A program made the translations under genes and the position numbers. A model generated the notes under the pieces. The model was not told the DNA's origin, searched no databases, and worked only from the letters and a program-made list of their open reading frames with translations. From NCBI GenBank assembly GCA_021962125.1, contig JAGDYQ010000025.1:5913217-5945042 (forward strand): 31,826 nucleotides of DNA. The letters are read 5' to 3'. This DNA is from Bulinus truncatus (Eukaryota). Positions 21,961-31,826 of the stretch are shown one piece after another (within the stretch, counting starts at the first letter, position 1; every line of letters begins with the position of its first letter).

Positions 21961-23356
21961 AGACAGATCATGGTAAATATCTGCCGAATCAGGAATGCAT
22001 GCCAAACAACACAAATACAGTATAATTTAGAAAAGCATTTGTAAATATTTGCAGCTATTTTGGTGAAAAAACAAAAGCTTTAGAAAATTATATTTTTATT
22101 ATGCATATCTTTTTTTGAAAAAATGTACAAAGAATTTCAAAACTAAAAATTAAGTAGATAATTTGACAGATACTGATTTTTTTTAAAATAATGATACATT
22201 TTTAAAACCAAACACCCATATAAAAATAAAATAAAATATATGTTTAAACATTTTTAAAAATATATATATAATTTGTACAATAAACTAAAAGTCCCAAAAA
22301 TTAAAACAATGTATTTATCATACATATGCTGTGAAATTCATTTTACTAACTTTAATCAAATGATCAAGGAATGTAAAATATAAAAACATATAACATATAA
22401 AATACTTAGATATTTACTAAATCGTCACAAATATGAGAATAATGCAGCTTAATAAAATAAAGGAAAGATAACATCTTTTTCTACAAACTATAGAAATATA
22501 AAAACAAAAAACATTGTATGACAGCATTATCAAAAAGAAGGTTTGTATGAATCATGTATCACAGATCTATTTTATCTTGAAATTGAGCACATATTAAATA
22601 AAACAACTGCACATCCAGTGTCTTGTACAAATCAGAATTTCAATCTGCTCATAAAGTGCAAATTTCAAATTGATACATTTTCCTAATTAACTTGTGTAAA
22701 TGGACAAATACATTTCTATGTCTTACAAAAAAGTATATTTATTTGACTTGAACAATATTTACTCTTTGACAAGAGGCAAAAAGTAGATTATACCAGCTGC
22801 TAAGAATATATCAGTTGCCAGTTCATTATTATATTAGAACGACATAAGAAGGAAGAAAACCTTTGAAATGAATTTCAAAAGTTGGAATAATCAAACAAGA
22901 TGTTTTACAACAGCTTATACTAAGAACCAAGCTTATAATGGAGAAAAATACTCAAAAACAAATGTTTGAATTACAAGGTGAAATTGGATTACAAGTTGTT
23001 GTTTTTTTATGATTAAATATAATTGAGGATTTGAGAAATCTGGTTTCTATGGTATGGAGGTACAGCTATTTTAATGGCATGATATACATTTCAATCAAAA
23101 GCTGAGGCACAAAACTGCAAGTAAAAATGTTACAGTTTCATACAAAAAAATAGTAAAAAAAGTATTAATATTTGATAAATGTATATAAAAAAATTTCTGT
23201 AAAGGAAAGAGCACACTTCAAGTGATCAGTGTTCAATATCACATTTTTAAGATCAAAACAAAACTTATGTAACAAATATTAATTACATAAAATAGGTACA
23301 TTTTATCAAGTACAAAAATTCAAACACACTTTGTTATGTCAACATGTAACAGTAGC

Positions 23357-23476
23357 TTAGTTGTTGCATCCAGACTTTAGTTCAACCAGTCCAGCAGCAG
23401 TGGTACACAAGTTGATAGGAGATTCGCCATCCGTAAACAAAACACTTTCCAGACCCAAACTTTCCAGCAATTTGAC
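23357..23476 (-). CDS. MVP: MVP terminal coding exon. The stop codon TAA is the reverse complement of 23357-23359.
   Basis: [39 protein letters not shown], compared with human [32 protein letters not shown]. Acceptor caattag. Confidence 0.9.
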   Translation of the reverse strand, partial: VKLLESLGLESVLFTDGESPINLCTTAAGLVELKSGCNN

Positions 23477-24716
23477 CTAATTGAGCATGGAGGGGGGAAA
23501 ATGTCACATTAATGAAAAATTAAATCACAAATTTGTTATTTGGTTAAAAGTTTCTAGTAGCAAAGCTATCACTTTTTATACAATGAAGTAGAGATTTTCA
23601 GCCTGATTCATAAAAAGGTCAATGTAAGGGTGAGACATCTCATGATTCTATATCAATTTTGTATCAACCACAGAGATAGTTCTGTGGGGTCTTTTTCAAA
23701 TCCCAGCCAGAGCTGAAGCTGAGCTGGAAGCACTACAGAGTTCATAGGGAAATGGTGTCATAAAGATTTGAACCCGTAATCTACACCTTATGATCAGGCT
23801 GACATGTCACTACAAATACTGTAGTGAGGAAAGTTGAGTTCTCTGCTATCTTGTAACACACATTAGATTTTGTTCAGGTTTACATTGAATAAACTATAAA
23901 TCTTCTTATCTCTTGTAGTTTCATCTGCAACACCTTCGGCTTAAAAGCATTTAATTAAAGGTGATGTTTAGATCACTAGATATTACACCTGGTATACTGA
24001 TCAGTATGACATACTTTTGATAATCATCAATTTTAAGCACTCTAAAGATGCATTCTGTGATTCTAAAAATGCTGCAGGTACTTTCTGTAGAGCTCTAACG
24101 CAAACCATAGCCAAGGATGTAATGAAGGCACTAAGATGACAACTTTTACCACAGTCTTCCACAAGAGTTGAAAATAAAGTACTTGGGATTCCATCCCATG
24201 ACCTACTTCTTGTTGCTAAGACTAACAATCACATCTCCATTAAGCCACAGTAAACAAACACTTTACTATTTTGAATCAACTTTAAATTTCCCACATCCTC
24301 TTATAGAAACAAATATTCTATTGAAAAGAAGTGATGCAGATATTAACTTTTATCTATAATATACATGTATATATAAAAAGAACTAAGAATGTGATATTTT
24401 AGAATGTGTGAACTCAATTTAAATGTCTGCTTGACTTTCAACACTCTGAAGTAACATTAAATTCTGTATATCTATTGCAGTGCTGGATATAAGTTCATGG
24501 CAAACTAAACAAGCAGAAGCTTTATTGTTATATTTTTTTTTTTACTAAAACCTCTCCATTTATGGAAAAAAAATGCATTTGATATTTTAAAGTTTCATTG
24601 TATTAAATACTACAAAAAATTACTTGATGTGAAGTATTTATTGATCGTATGTCTCACAGTAGAGCATGAGAATAAACAAATTTAAAAAAAAAAAAGTTAT
24701 CCCTCTTAATCATCAC

Positions 24717-24797
24717 CTGATTACTTGCTCCTGCTGTTGCTATGGCAACCAATGTTTCAGGCCCAATAGTAGTCACCATTTCTTTGAACTTTCGCAC
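24717..24797 (-). CDS. MVP: MVP exon
   Basis: VRKFKEMVTTIGPETLVAIATAGASNQ, compared with human [27 protein letters not shown]. Acceptor cacctag, donor gtgatg. Confidence 0.8.
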
Positions 24798-25211
24798 CTA
24801 GATCAGCATAATAAAATGAACTCTATTTATTTCATTTTTGTACTTTTAAAAAGACTAATATGTAAATTGTCTGATTTTAAAGCTATTAAAAAAGCCTAAG
24901 ATGAAATATTTTGAAATGTCACTGTTTGTGTTTAAAAACTTATACAAAATATGTGCAGCTTTAAAACTTTCTATGGGTATTTTTATAATAAGCCATAAGG
25001 AAAGATATTGAATGGAAAAAAAATATCCTCTCCAGAAACACAATTAAAAAAACTTTACTTAGAAAAATTACTTCCATTATTTGACATATAGCAATCAATA
25101 TTTAAAAATACTTCAAACGTTATTTAATAAATTGGCTATCATTGTTTTATAATTTAAATGCTTATGAGACAACATATTGTGCTGTCACTACATAATCTTT
25201 CATGAACTCAC

Positions 25212-25292
25212 CTCAAGATTTGCAAATGACTTTTCTTTAAACAAAGATATACTGTCCTGTTTTCTACGGTAACTGATTTCATTTTCACGAAT
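25212..25292 (-). CDS. MVP: MVP exon
   Basis: IRENEISYRRKQDSISLFKEKSFANLE, compared with human [27 protein letters not shown] (matches at R-E, E, Y, R, Q). Acceptor ttcctag, donor gtgagt. Confidence 0.7.
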
Positions 25293-25808
25293 CTAGGAAA
25301 CATTTGTGATCTGTTAGCAATGCACTAAATGAGTTTAGATATACTGTACTTTTAAAAACCATTTTCATGCACAACTTTTAGATCACATATGAGTAAACAA
25401 AACTGGAAGTGAATTATGCAAGCCTTGCCACTATTTTAAATAACTTATTGCATTCTTTACATCTTGGAAGATGCTGATTGATAGTTTTTAACAATAATAT
25501 TTTCCTGCAGATAACAAATCTTATGGATGTATATAAAAATCGTGTAAGTATTAGAATATGAATAAATTGTCATCATATATTTTTAAGAAATCGGCATAAT
25601 ATTGTGTAAAATTGACAATAAAATTTAGCCATGACAGAGATATAGGCTTCATAAGACAAACTGATCTCACTAAAAAAAAGTTTCCGATTATACTGTTCCA
25701 AAAAACTAATCATATAAAAATATTATAGGACCTTAAAACATTTAAAGAGTTGTATGTTTTAAAAGTAAGAAAACATTCATTTAATTATTCTTACTCTAGA
25801 ATATTTAC

Positions 25809-25873
25809 CATTTTCTGAGACAGCAGTGACGCTTCATGTTCAATATTTGCAGCTTCAGCTTTCAAACTGGCAA
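25809..25873 (-). CDS. MVP: MVP exon
   Basis: (I)ASLKAEAANIEHEASLLSQKM, compared with human VLQAKLKAQALAIETEAELQRVQKV. Acceptor ctttctag, donor gtaaat. Confidence 0.7.
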
Positions 25874-26370
25874 CTAGAAAGATAAAAGTCACAAAGTTCA
25901 ATTAAACATTTTTCTAAATCTGTGTGTTCATCTACAGTGAACATTTTACTAAACTAGTTTCTGAAACAGATTAAAAAATGTCTTTCAGCTGGATAGTGGC
26001 TTAAGCAGGCAGTAAGGAAATTCTCTAATTAACATATGCTGATAAAAAAAAAAAAGCAAAAAGTGTATTTTAAAACTAAAAATTGTTTTTAAAAAAAGTA
26101 GCTACATCTTTGATGTTTACATACTAATAGTATGATGTAAAAATCTCTGTAAATTTCAATACATTTGTATTAATTATACATCTTTCTGACATTATTTCTT
26201 AACATAAGCACTCAATATTTTATTTTGGTAATAGTATTGCAATAAAAGTATTTAGTGAAAAATGTAAAATTTTATTATTTGATTTGATTTTTATTTCATG
26301 TTTATATTGTTGAATAACTCATTACATAAATATCATAAAAATGCTTTTTGTCATGTGAATATAATCTTAC

Positions 26371-26597
26371 TTTCTATTTGACTCTGGCATTCGATGAGAA
26401 GTTTCTCAGAATGAGCTTGAGCTATTGCTTTGGCTTGACCAGCAGACTCCACAGCTGCAGCCAAAGCTCGCAGCTCAAATAGTTTAGCTCTTTCTTTTTC
26501 AGACTCTTTTTCTATTTTCAATTTTTGTCGTTCTAGTAACCCCCTGGCCAACTGCTCCTCTCGGTCAGCTTCATGAGTAGCAGCTGCTTCAATGGAT
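26371..26597 (-). CDS. MVP: MVP exon (start of the cap-helix coiled coil)
   Basis: (K)[75 protein letters not shown], compared with human [62 protein letters not shown]... Acceptor ctattag, donor gtaaga. Confidence 0.9.
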
Positions 26598-26695
26598 CTA
26601 ATAGAAGATTACAAATAATGAAAACTGACCCAAAAAAATGTTAACTTCCTCTATTAAATGTAAATGTTGCCAGGCTTAGCTCAGACTTAACTTAC

Positions 26696-26796
26696 TTTGT
26701 GGATATTTCAATGGCAAGTTGCACTGATTTACTTAAACTATCCCTCATCTTCACATCTACAGGTTCTATATTTTGGATGTCAATGCTGCTAATTAC
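26696..26796 (-). CDS. MVP: MVP exon
   Basis: [33 protein letters not shown], compared with human [33 protein letters not shown]. Acceptor tgtcag, donor gtaagt. Confidence 0.9.
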
Positions 26797-26932
26797 CTGA
26801 CATTAGAAAATTTTCAAAAGCATGACAAAATCTACCGATTTTTCAGGGAAATGTGTACATTTATATTAATTAACTAAGACAATGCAGTCAACATTGCAGA
26901 GTATTAGATTGTTATAGTTTTCATCAACTTAC

Positions 26933-27075
26933 CAAGTTATTCACATCAAATTTAAGGAATTCTTTATTATCTCCATGAGAGTCTCTGCCAAAGACTGCTG
27001 CATGTATAATTTTTGCAGAATAGCGATGAAAAGAGTCAAATGATGTAAGGGCCACACTTGCACGAATTCTGCTTC
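26933..27075 (-). CDS. MVP: MVP exon
   Basis: (G)SRIRASVALTSFDSFHRYSAKIIHAAVFGRDSHGDNKEFLKFDVNNL, compared with human [32 protein letters not shown]... Acceptor caacaaaag, donor gtaagt. Confidence 0.85.
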
Positions 27076-27179
27076 CTTTTGTTGATATATATATGATAAA
27101 TTATGTTACTATATATTACGTCAGAATATATTATGTCAATAAATCTTTATAAGTCTTAGGTTAATATAAATTAAGTCAT

Positions 27180-27460
27180 TTTTATATTCTTCTTCTTCCT
27201 TTGGCTCTGCAGCCCATTTAAGGCCCTGGCCTACCATACTACTCTTCTCCACTTTTCCCGATTCATGGTCTTCTTCCTCCACTCTCTCACTCCTATGGTT
27301 TAAAGGTAATCATGTCCATGATCGTGCGAAGGTCGGTTTTCATTTAAATAAGTTTGATTTTTTAATTGTTGTTTTGGCTTTCGTAACCTGCATTTTTTTA
27401 AATGACTGGGTAGTTAGCCCTGTGCACATCCACTAGGTTGTTGCCCCTCACAGCCTTGTG
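27180..27460. mobile_element. Possible SINE insertion in the minus orientation within an MVP intron.
   Basis: This is a GC-richer island (...ccactaggttgttgcccctcacagccttgtgg...). Its reverse complement contains the A-box-like sequence cctagtggat. The boundaries are approximate. Confidence 0.3.
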
Positions 27461-27602
27461 GATACATTCTTATATATAAATTTTATATATTTTAAGTTAT
27501 TATAATACATGTACATTTATTAAGTTATTGTACATTATTAAAATGTATTACAAAAAACTTGAAAACATTTTATACTTAAAAAGAAAGAGTAAACTAACTG
27601 AC

Positions 27603-27681
27603 CAATCTGGCGGCAGGCGAAGCCAATAAAATCAGGTACTGAAAAAATTTTCTTGGCACTTAGTTCATCTTTTTTGTCCAC
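27603..27681 (-). CDS. MVP: MVP exon
   Basis: VDKKDELSAKKIFSVPDFIGFACRQI, compared with human [27 protein letters not shown]. Acceptor ttaacaaag, donor gtcagt. Confidence 0.85.
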
Positions 27682-27814
27682 CTTTGTTAAATAGCGAAAT
27701 TCAAAAGAAATATAGCATAAAAACTTTAAGTAACATAAAACTTAAAAATAAATTGTAATAATAATAAAAAAAAAAAAGTTATGAGTAAAGAATGATTTGA
27801 ATGACCAACTGAAC

Positions 27815-27874
27815 CTGGAAATGATTATTGAAAGACAGCTGTAAACGTAACCTAGCATGGTCTGATGTCTCCAC
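27815..27874 (-). CDS. MVP: MVP exon
   Basis: VETSDHARLRLQLSFNNHFQ, compared with human TADHARLQLQLAYNWHFE. Acceptor tttttactag, donor gttcag. Confidence 0.8.
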
Positions 27875-28273
27875 CTAGTAAAAAAAAAAACAAAGAAAAG
27901 GGATAATTATTTTATCATTCAAAATTTAAAGTAATATTATATACATAACTAAAGAATTTTATTTCAAGCTTTTGTATTACATTAATAAAGAGCAGACCAT
28001 GAATGTCATCGGCAATTTTCTGTGACATTATCATGAACTCTCCCCCCCCCCCCATCAGACTTAAGGGCAGCCTTGAATATATACAAGGATAATCTAATAA
28101 AGGAAAGAATGTTAATTAATTTTAAAACAAATTCAGGGTAGTTTGAGAATACTGATTGTTTGTTGTTATTTTTTTTCAGAAAACATTTTACCAAAATAAT
28201 TTTAATAGTTAAAGTTGCTTTAAACAAAAATATGTTGCTCAATTCTCAGATGGCTACAAAACTGAGTGCATAC

Positions 28274-28353
28274 CTCAATAATATCTGATATGAAGTCAGG
28301 TCCCAGCATTAAACATAAAGACTTGAGTGCACCTTCTTTTTTAGGTTTACCAG
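28274..28353 (-). CDS. MVP: MVP exon
   Basis: (A)GKPKKEGALKSLCLMLGPDFISDIIE, compared with human [28 protein letters not shown]. Acceptor ctgtaatcag, donor gtatgc. Confidence 0.9.
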
Positions 28354-28720
28354 CTGATTACAGAAATAAAAGATTATTAGTCGGGTCAAAGTTTAGCTCA
28401 ATAAGAAATAGTACTAGTTTTTGGATGTATGTTATTCCTACATTTTTAATGTTGATATCTATTAAAAAGTATTCTTAAATTTGTTCTCAAATCCGGATTA
28501 AATAGGCAGCTGCAAATAAAGCAGGCACTTTGTGGTAATAGATTTTACAACAAAACATTTTTTTTTAAACAAATCAAATTATCGACTTTGAAAATAAAAC
28601 ATGTAAATCTGTTATATGCGATTATTGGAGCACATCACTGAGTATAAAGAATTCACATATTCTTAAAACAACCATAAAAAAATTAAATTTAAAAAAAAGC
28701 CATAAAGCAATGTTTCTAAC

Positions 28721-28874
28721 CACTTAGCCTCAATACATTAAAGCTTTCATGTGGACCCAACACAACCAAGTCAGGTCCGAATATGACACGAGCAGTCTTT
28801 TTCATATAGTCATATATTTGGACAGCAGTATTACTGGGACAGCGATAAGTAACCACTCTTGTTTTATCACGGCC
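28721..28874 (-). CDS. MVP: MVP exon (shoulder domain)
   Basis: [51 protein letters not shown], compared with human [52 protein letters not shown]. Acceptor ctctcag, donor gttaga. Confidence 0.9.
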
Positions 28875-29050
28875 CTGAGAGATTGCAGGAAAAAAAAAAC
28901 TCAAATGTAAAAAAATTTAACTATTATTAAATTTTTTTCTTCTTTTTAATCATATAGACAGACTAATTATTAGGAATAATATTTCTAGCATAAGTTTAAA
29001 AAAAAAAATCCTATAATGGATAATTATTTACTAAGCTAGTTTTGAAGCAC

Positions 29051-29129
29051 CTTTAAAATTGAAGGATCAATGGACTGCTCATAGTATGCCAGTTTTCTTA
29101 TATCCCCACTGCCAAGTCCTCCACCATGG
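29051..29129 (-). CDS. MVP: MVP exon (variable linker before the shoulder domain)
   Basis: (S)HGGGLGSGDIRKLAYYEQSIDPSILK. It occupies the position of human GQDPLADRGEKDTAKSLQPLAP, a region that is poorly conserved. The call rests on phase continuity (it receives 2 bases and ends in phase 0), an acceptor ttatcaatag and a donor gtgctt. Confidence 0.6.
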
Positions 29130-29352
29130 CTATTGATAAAAGAAATGTAAACTACTAAACCTGTTAATTCAGTGTACATACATACTAAGAGGAAAAACTA
29201 ATAAACAACTTGAAGAGTAACTAATAAACAGCTTTATAGCTTAAATAATAAAAGCTTTAAAGCGTAAGTAATAAACATTGCAAATTATTATCAATGTAGG
29301 CTAATAATTATTTCAACAAAGAAATAATTTTTATGTATGTTAAACCAATTAC

Positions 29353-29447
29353 CTCATTAACTGCTCTACTTCCTCACTTAATTCTTTTTCCCACAATTCT
29401 TCAGTGGCAGTTAACATATAGGAACAAGGTCCCATAACTAGGCGAAC
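29353..29447 (-). CDS. MVP: MVP exon
   Basis: VRLVMGPCSYMLTATEELWEKELSEEVEQLM, compared with human [32 protein letters not shown]. Acceptor tttctcag, donor gtaatt. Confidence 0.9.
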
Positions 29448-29695
29448 CTGAGAAATGTACATAATACAAGTTACTTGTGTACGATACCTGAGTAATGTAC
29501 GTAATATGAGTAACTTGTGTATGATACCTGAGTAATGTAGTAATACGAATTACTTGTGTATGATTGAACCTGAGTAATGTACATAATACAAGTTACTTGT
29601 GTATGATACCTGAGTAATGTACATAATACGAGTAACTTGTGTATGATAGAACCTGAGTAATGTACGTAACATGAGTAACTTGTTTATGTTAGTTA
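29446..29695. repeat. Minisatellite of about 40 bp (acctgagtaatgtacataatacaagttacttgtgtatgat) with about 6 copies, abutting the acceptor of MVP exon 29353-29447.
   Basis: Tandem periodicity. Each unit contains cctgag, which in minus sense reads ctcag|gt and mimics the true acceptor. Confidence 0.9.
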
Positions 29696-30159
29696 ATCAA
29701 TGAATTGCAGTTTTCCTTGGTTAAATTTACCAAATGTACAGCTAACTAAAAATTTCCACTGGTAAACAGTTACTCTAATGTGGTTTTGCTTTAAATAGTA
29801 AAAAAATTGGTTTAACTATACACCCCTTCCCTACAAATTAACTAATTGTTAATAATCTCAGAAACTAGAACCAATCCAAAAACATATTCTTAATCAGCAT
29901 CCTTTAACTTATATAAAAATGCTGGGATAATATCTGCACCTGAAACAAAGTTTCATTTTGTATTGCTGTTTATTCATTAAATATTCTAAAATCCTGCTTG
30001 TGGGATGAAGTGGAGGGGCGGGACAGATATTGTGCCGTAAAGAGCATGTTACTAATTAATTGTCAACCTAAATTTCCTCGATTTGTAACCCTTTGATTCT
30101 ACATTATTTGGCCTTGGTGAAAGTTCACAGATCTACCCAGCGTAAAAATAATGCACCAG

Positions 30160-30300
30160 ACTTAAGTTGTCCTAGTCACTAACCTATCTCCATGTCTCCA
30201 CAGCCATTGCATTCTCTGCAATAGCAGGAACTACAAAAATCATCCCAATAGTGGTTTATTGAATATAACAGAGAATTATCTCATCCTTACAGTGACTTAC
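30160..30300. mobile_element. Partial second copy of the interspersed repeat at 21610-21760, in the same orientation. It lies inside an MVP intron.
   Basis: ...cttaagttgtcctagtcactaacctatctccatgtctccacagccattgcattc...catcccaatagtggtttattg...atctcatccttacagtgac aligns with ...cttaagtccccgctatatctcccgtggtgcctccatggccattgcact...catcccattagtggtttatgg...atctcatccttacagggac. Confidence 0.55.
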
Positions 30301-30394
30301 ATTACAAAATGTACAAACATTTTTTTAAAAAAAGTAGCCTATTACAGCAGAGAAAAATAATTTAAATTTTAAATATACTTTTAAAAATTCTTAC

Positions 30395-30455
30395 TTTTCC
30401 CACATGTGTATCTTGTATGTAAACTCCTTCATTTTTACTCAGGGGGATTGTTTTC
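30395..30455 (-). CDS. MVP: MVP exon
   Basis: (R)KTIPLSKNEGVYIQDTHVGK, compared with human AIPLDENEGIYVQDVKTGK. Acceptor ttttag, donor gtaaga. The phase continues from 31158. Confidence 0.85.
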
Positions 30456-31157
30456 CTAAAATTAAAAATTAATAATAATTATACAGCTATTAATTATAGG
30501 CTATTTATAGATTTTTAAAAAAAAAAACTTTTTATATAAAATTAATCTGAAAAAACTTAAATATATATTTAATTTCTTTCCATGATTAAATTGGTGGACA
30601 ACATACGCTTAGTGAAATTCCCATCATAAACAATTTTATAAAATAAATTTTATGTATGAGTTTATTCTTTTCTTGTTAACTTGTTTTTCTTTCCTTTTTT
30701 TACATCTAGAAACTAGATAAAAGAGTAATTTGTAATTAGTAGTAACTAGCAATAATTTTTTTTTAAAAGTCAAACCAAATTTCATATTGAATTACAAACT
30801 GAAATAAGATAAAATATTAAGATTTAAAGCTGTCTAGTGATGCTGCTCGAAGAACAAATTATTTAAATGTGAACTTTCAACTATTTCGTCCAAAAAAAGT
30901 CCTTTTAATAATCTGTTTATTTGTATCCAACTTTCCATGTTTATCAATTATTTTGACATGAGCCATTGAAACACAGGTCAGATTAGAATTAGCATATTTG
31001 CTACATACCATACACTTAATTTTTATATAGTAATTTTAGAACTAACTAAAACGTTAACTGAAAAAAAATTGTGCATCATAAATTATTTGTTAATAGAAGA
31101 CATTAATGATAGTTTTGTTGGTTAAAAAAAATGAACAATGATTAAAAAAGCCTATAC

Positions 31158-31248
31158 CTTTGTTTAATAATTTTGACATTAACAGATGGAATAAAACTCA
31201 GAGGTCCTTTAATTAGCCAAACATCTCCAGTTTTATGATTTATTGTCT
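31158..31248 (-). CDS. MVP: Major vault protein (MVP) exon. It is the most 5' MVP exon resolved in this window.
   Basis: Minus-strand translation (x)TINHKTGDVWLIKGPLSFIPSVNVKIIKQ(R), compared with human MVP ...[29 protein letters not shown]. Minus-sense acceptor ctaacag and donor gtatag. Confidence 0.8.
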
Positions 31249-31826
31249 CTGTTAGAAAATGGAAAATAAATAATCAACAAAACATGGACCAAAGTACCAA
31301 TTTATAAAAATGCAATTTGATCATATTTGGATTTAGACAGTTGTTATTGTTGTTGTTTTTTTCAGAACAACCAAACACATTATGTTGTCCGAAAAATATA
31401 TATAAATTAAATATATATATTTAGATCATAAAGTGCCAAAGCAATTATTCTTTAATGCTAAAAAAGCAATCCTTGTTTGGCCTGCCATTGTTTTAAGGGA
31501 TGGAATTTTTTTTGCTTGTATGATCTATTTGAAAGAATTTATTTAAGAAACTTTAAGCCAGCAATAAATGGTTTAGTAGTTTTTGTTTAGTCCTTATAGC
31601 AAAATGAACGATTACCTTTCTTGTACTTTATCACAAATACTTATTAAGTTTGGTGAGAATTTTAAATATTTTAATAAAAGTCAAGGCAGCCATTGTATTG
31701 CTTTACATGTTTAATTATAAAAGTCTTTTTAATAGTTTATGTGAATGATTTAAAAAATAGCATATTATGGCTGAAATCGTCAAGACTAAAAATGTGAAAC
31801 TGAAGATTTTTTAACCTATGGCCAGT

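Noticed and set aside
21379-22025. Overlapping 60- to 92-aa ORFs on both strands in the GC-rich island
   Set aside because: Mutually overlapping ORFs in a GC-rich repeat with a diverged second copy elsewhere are consistent with a SINE-like element and not with a coding gene.
24001-24228. Minus-strand 75-aa ORF (…VRALQKVPAAFLESQ…) first considered as the MVP C-terminal exon
   Set aside because: It shows only weak similarity (VRALQKV compared with VKLLQSL) and its phase does not fit. A far better terminal exon ([23 protein letters not shown]) with a proper acceptor lies at 23357-23476, which makes this region intronic.
27682-27720. Upstream extension (…ISFEFRYLTK) of MVP exon 27603-27681
   Set aside because: Extending the exon would skip the HARLQLQ segment. 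A separate 60-bp exon at 27815-27874 encodes that segment, and an AG acceptor sits directly before GTGGAC at 27681.
31597-31620. Possible 24-nt MVP micro-exon (xFVIKYKK, compared with human DVYVLSEQ) with a gtaatc donor
   Set aside because: It is too short and too weakly similar to support. Upstream MVP exons between 31249 and 31826 remain unresolved.

Overview
This is an AT-rich, repeat-dense eukaryotic (metazoan) genomic window, not a prokaryotic one. The gene structure and repeat content suggest a marine invertebrate, possibly a mollusc or other lophotrochozoan, but that is an inference. Two host genes can be reconstructed by reading exons directly from the sequence. The first is a multi-exon class-A GPCR of the neuropeptide Y / neuropeptide F receptor type on the + strand (TM2 to the C-terminus, exons at 346-479, 4034-4235, 7291-7439, 8623-8836 and 13417-14142). 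Its TM1 exon lies upstream of the window. The second is a major vault protein (MVP) gene on the - strand, with at least 15 coding exons from 31248 down to the stop at 23357. Its N-terminal repeat-domain exons lie beyond the 3' end of the window. Introns and intergenic DNA are packed with minisatellites of 29-60 bp units (one 1.1 kb array is open in all six frames and produces fake ORFs), microsatellites, a MITE-like element with 22-bp terminal inverted repeats (TIRs), GC-rich SINE-like interspersed repeats, and a ~1.5 kb element bounded by 30-bp TIRs that carries an unidentified frameshifted ORF pair. There are no CRISPR arrays, rRNA genes or convincing tRNA genes. All coordinates were counted by hand from the printed sequence, so splice junctions may be off by a few bases. 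No database searches were possible.
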